Of a stretch of DNA of 64,000 nt, positions 61,449 to 64,000 are shown piece by piece (position 1 is the stretch's first letter; the number at the start of each line of letters is the position of its first letter). Source of the DNA: an uncultured archaeon (lineage in GTDB: Archaea > Thermoproteota > Bathyarchaeia > Bathyarchaeales > Bathycorpusculaceae). Made by a program: the position numbers and the translations under genes. The DNA is taken from positions 231,452 through 295,451 of the forward strand of contig CAWENF010000021.1 in assembly GCA_963810275.1 (NCBI GenBank), in the 5' to 3' direction. Under the pieces are notes generated by a model, which saw only the letters and a list, made by a program, of their open reading frames with translations, was not told the origin of the DNA and did no database searches.

Positions 61449-62844
61449 GTGGCGTGAGGTCGAGCGGGAAAACAATGAGCTTAAGGCTGAGATTGCTCAG
61501 CGGATGCAGCATTTAACTCTGGACACAGGGTTATTTTTTGAGCAAGTCCTAGGTTTTAAGCCTCACAATTACCAAAAAGACTTCATAGATCTATTTGAGA
61601 ATAACCAGTTCACTGCGGCGCGTTGGTGTCGGCAGAGCGGTAAGACGTATATGATTTCTGCTTTGCTGCTAAAGTATGCGATCACTAATCCTAACATCTC
61701 AATCGGCGTGGTTGGACCGTCTTGGCGGCAGACCAAACGGATCATAGCGCGAATCGCAACCTTCACATATAACCTTCCAGCCGGCATGGTGTTTAAGCCC
61801 CAGAAGACGGCGATTCACTTTGCCAACGGAAGCAGCATCGAGGCGTTTCCCAACAACCCCGACACTATCCGTGGCCCTTCGCTCCATGTGGTATATGCGG
61901 ATGAGCTGAACTTCGTTGCTAACGACCAGGAACTCTATGATGCCATCCTCTATACGTTGGGCACCACCGATGGCAAATTCGTCTGCAGCAGCACACCTTG
62001 GCATACTGATAGTCTCTTTTACAAGATCTTTAACCACAAGAACTATCGTAACTTCAAAACTTCTCATGTCACATACCATCAGGCTCTGTATCCTAATGGA
62101 CCGCTAAAATCCAACATAATCGAGCAGATAAAAATCCAGATGGGTGATGACCCCTCGCGTTGGCAGCGGGAAATGATGGCGGATTGGGCTGAGGATGAAG
62201 ACGTTTGGTTACCACAGAGCCTAATCGCCTCCTGCATTGGCACTAGTAAAAACTGCGGCCAAGACCTGAAACTGTTTAATTCCAATGAAAAATATAATGG
62301 TGACTTCTACGTCGGTTTAGACCCTGCGCAAACAAGGGATTATAATGTGTTATCAGTTCTTGAGTTGGTTGATGATAAGCTTTTTTTGAGGCATTTGAAT
62401 ATTTTTCAACATCCCACCTATGACGCCTTTGTTTTGGCTTACATCAAAGTTTTGCAGGACCGTTGGGGTGGTTTCCAAAAAATTCGAGTGGACATAACTC
62501 GAGAAGGCCCAAGCTTTATTGCAGACATGGAGAAAGCTGGGATAGAGAATGCGGAAGGAGTTAACTTTAGTGTACCCCGCAAAAACGAAATGGCTAGTTT
62601 GCTAAAGAAGCGTATGCAGGATCAGCGGTTTTTTTACCCAATGATGACTTGGGAAAAGCCCTATAGGAGCGATATCTGCAACGAGCTAAACGTAGAACGG
62701 TTTGCACTACGTGCAGACAGCAACTACTCATTCAATCATCCCTCAGGGACACATGACGACGTTTTCTGGAGCATAGCATTAGCAGTATACGCAACAGCTG
62801 ACATGGAACCAGAACCCTACCTAACACTGGTTCCTATGAACTGA
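61360..62844 (+). CDS. Terminase large subunit (ATPase plus RNase H-like nuclease)
   Basis: PHNYQ, Walker A RQSGKT, IRGPSL.VVYADE Walker B, SSTP, nuclease VGLDPAQTRD and HDDVFWSIALA; start uncertain (61360-61402). Confidence 0.92.
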   Translation: MREKMCRCERNSRRLSKEARALRPNLLKAKWREVERENNELKAEIAQRMQHLTLDTGLFFEQVLGFKPHNYQKDFIDLFENNQFTAARWCRQSGKTYMISALLLKYAITNPNISIGVVGPSWRQTKRIIARIATFTYNLPAGMVFKPQKTAIHFANGSSIEAFPNNPDTIRGPSLHVVYADELNFVANDQELYDAILYTLGTTDGKFVCSSTPWHTDSLFYKIFNHKNYRNFKTSHVTYHQALYPNGPLKSNIIEQIKIQMGDDPSRWQREMMADWAEDEDVWLPQSLIASCIGTSKNCGQDLKLFNSNEKYNGDFYVGLDPAQTRDYNVLSVLELVDDKLFLRHLNIFQHPTYDAFVLAYIKVLQDRWGGFQKIRVDITREGPSFIADMEKAGIENAEGVNFSVPRKNEMASLLKKRMQDQRFFYPMMTWEKPYRSDICNELNVERFALRADSNYSFNHPSGTHDDVFWSIALAVYATADMEPEPYLTLVPMN

Positions 62845-62936
62845 CGGAAGTTTCAGGTAGTGTCCTCCAAAGGATTTATCAATATAATCTCTTTTTGTGA
62901 AAGCGTTTAATACAATCCAAAACGAAATAGTCGTTT

Positions 62937-63122
62937 ATGTCCGAATCGAAAACTTGCCCTAAATGCAACGGTTCAATGAAAAAGTCTAATGATCTATCCG
63001 CAATAGTTACAGTTACCAAAGGAATCAAAGGGTACAGCTTAAACACGAGAAGGTTTATTCCAGCCAGAACATTCACTTGCCAGGAATGCGGATACATAGA
63101 ATTATACTACGACACAGGCTAA
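62937..63122 (+). CDS. Small zinc-ribbon protein
   Basis: CPKCNG...CQECGYIELY. Confidence 0.75.
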   Translation: MSESKTCPKCNGSMKKSNDLSAIVTVTKGIKGYSLNTRRFIPARTFTCQECGYIELYYDTG

Positions 63123-63232
63123 AGCCTTCAATTTTTTATTTGATTTCTCATAATTCCTATACCTATCACTTCGCGGCAGACCTTTGAATACTTTTAAGTT
63201 TATTATTTTAGTTATTTGTGTTTGGGATATTT

Positions 63233-63766
63233 ATGGATTTTAAGGATGTTATATCGGCAAGGAAAAGCGTCCGAGAATACGCGGATAAGCCAGTTGAAGA
63301 AGATAAACTCTCGAAAGTTCTGGATGCAGCTAGGTTAGCGCCTTCATGGGCGAACAAACAATGTTGCAGGTACATCGTTGTGAAAGATAAAGCAAAAATT
63401 CAAGAACTGGCGGGAAGATTCGGCTGGCTCAAGCAAGCGCCAGTCATAATAGTTGCATGCGCTGACCCTAAAGATTCAGGCGACCGAAACGGGATGAACT
63501 ATTACCTTGTGGACGTGGGCATATCAATGCAACAACTGGTTTTGGCAGCCACAGCTTTGGAATTGAGTTCTTGCTGGATCGGCGCCTTCGATGAAGCAAC
63601 GGTCAAAAAGGTTCTGGGTGTTCCCGAAAACATCAAGGTCGTGGCAATGACTCCTTTGGGTTACCCTGCTAAGAAAGAGGGCATCGGCAGCAAAATCATA
63701 AAGACCGCAATCGGATCTGGCAAACGAAAACCTCTTGAAGAAATCATTCACCACGAAAAATGGTGA
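63233..63766 (+). CDS. Nitroreductase-family protein
   Basis: RKSVREY, AARLAPSWANKQ, SCWIGAF, PLGYP, RKPLEE. Confidence 0.93.
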   Translation: MDFKDVISARKSVREYADKPVEEDKLSKVLDAARLAPSWANKQCCRYIVVKDKAKIQELAGRFGWLKQAPVIIVACADPKDSGDRNGMNYYLVDVGISMQQLVLAATALELSSCWIGAFDEATVKKVLGVPENIKVVAMTPLGYPAKKEGIGSKIIKTAIGSGKRKPLEEIIHHEKW

Positions 63767-64000
63767 AGCTAACGGTGACCAGCAATTTTCGGTTTGTCTC
63801 AGGCATTGCGATTAGTTGGGCATTTGCAAGTATACTCCTTTCTACCTTCGCGTACTTGGTATGTGTGCAAATCAGCTTTCGTATCTTTTCTGGGCTTTTG
63901 ATTACTCCAAGACGGCTGAGCTGCCTACCATTCTTATTATAGCTGAAAGCAGTAGGCTGTCTCACAAACTCTTTTAACCAAGTCTCAAAAGGTACGGGGT

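Noticed and set aside
59000-64000. Complete provirus around terL
   Set aside because: No portal, capsid, tail, integrase or att repeats visible; flanking genes are host-type.
63744-64000. Minus-strand ORF entering from the window end
   Set aside because: Partial, no recognisable motif, and overlaps the nitroreductase 3' end.
1-64000. CRISPR arrays, rRNA genes, IS transposases, and the many short antisense or overlapping ORFs in the track
   Set aside because: No regularly spaced repeats, rRNA signatures or transposase motifs seen; the short ORFs are shadows of well-supported genes.

Overview
Archaeal chromosomal DNA, most consistent with Bathyarchaeia/TACK (TBP, Spt5, archaeal L11-L1-L10, DtdA, Lhr, aKMT, Cren7-like protein, large secreted PQQ-like beta-propeller proteins, many GTG/TTG starts). 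Most of the window is housekeeping (cysS, prs, pyrE, argF, rnz, tRNA-modifying enzymes, tRNA-Arg(UCU)). Accessory modules are: (i) a lysine 2,3-aminomutase coupled to an EctA-like acetyltransferase; (ii) a nickel ECF transporter with a NikR-like box next to larB/larC/larE, with larA about 12 kb from larB; (iii) an osmotic/stress cluster with MscS, a GGQ-positive but NIKS-negative aRF1 paralogue, GpgS/GpgP/Ggs-like glucosylglycerate genes, an APC permease and dodecin; (iv) an intact two-gene small-terminase-like plus large-terminase cassette with no portal, capsid or integrase gene in the window, which is the best candidate for an undescribed system. Both usual ftsZ positions are empty. About seven accessory genes carry frameshifts while the core genes are intact. 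No CRISPR array, rRNA or transposase was seen. All family assignments come from motif recognition by eye, not database searches.
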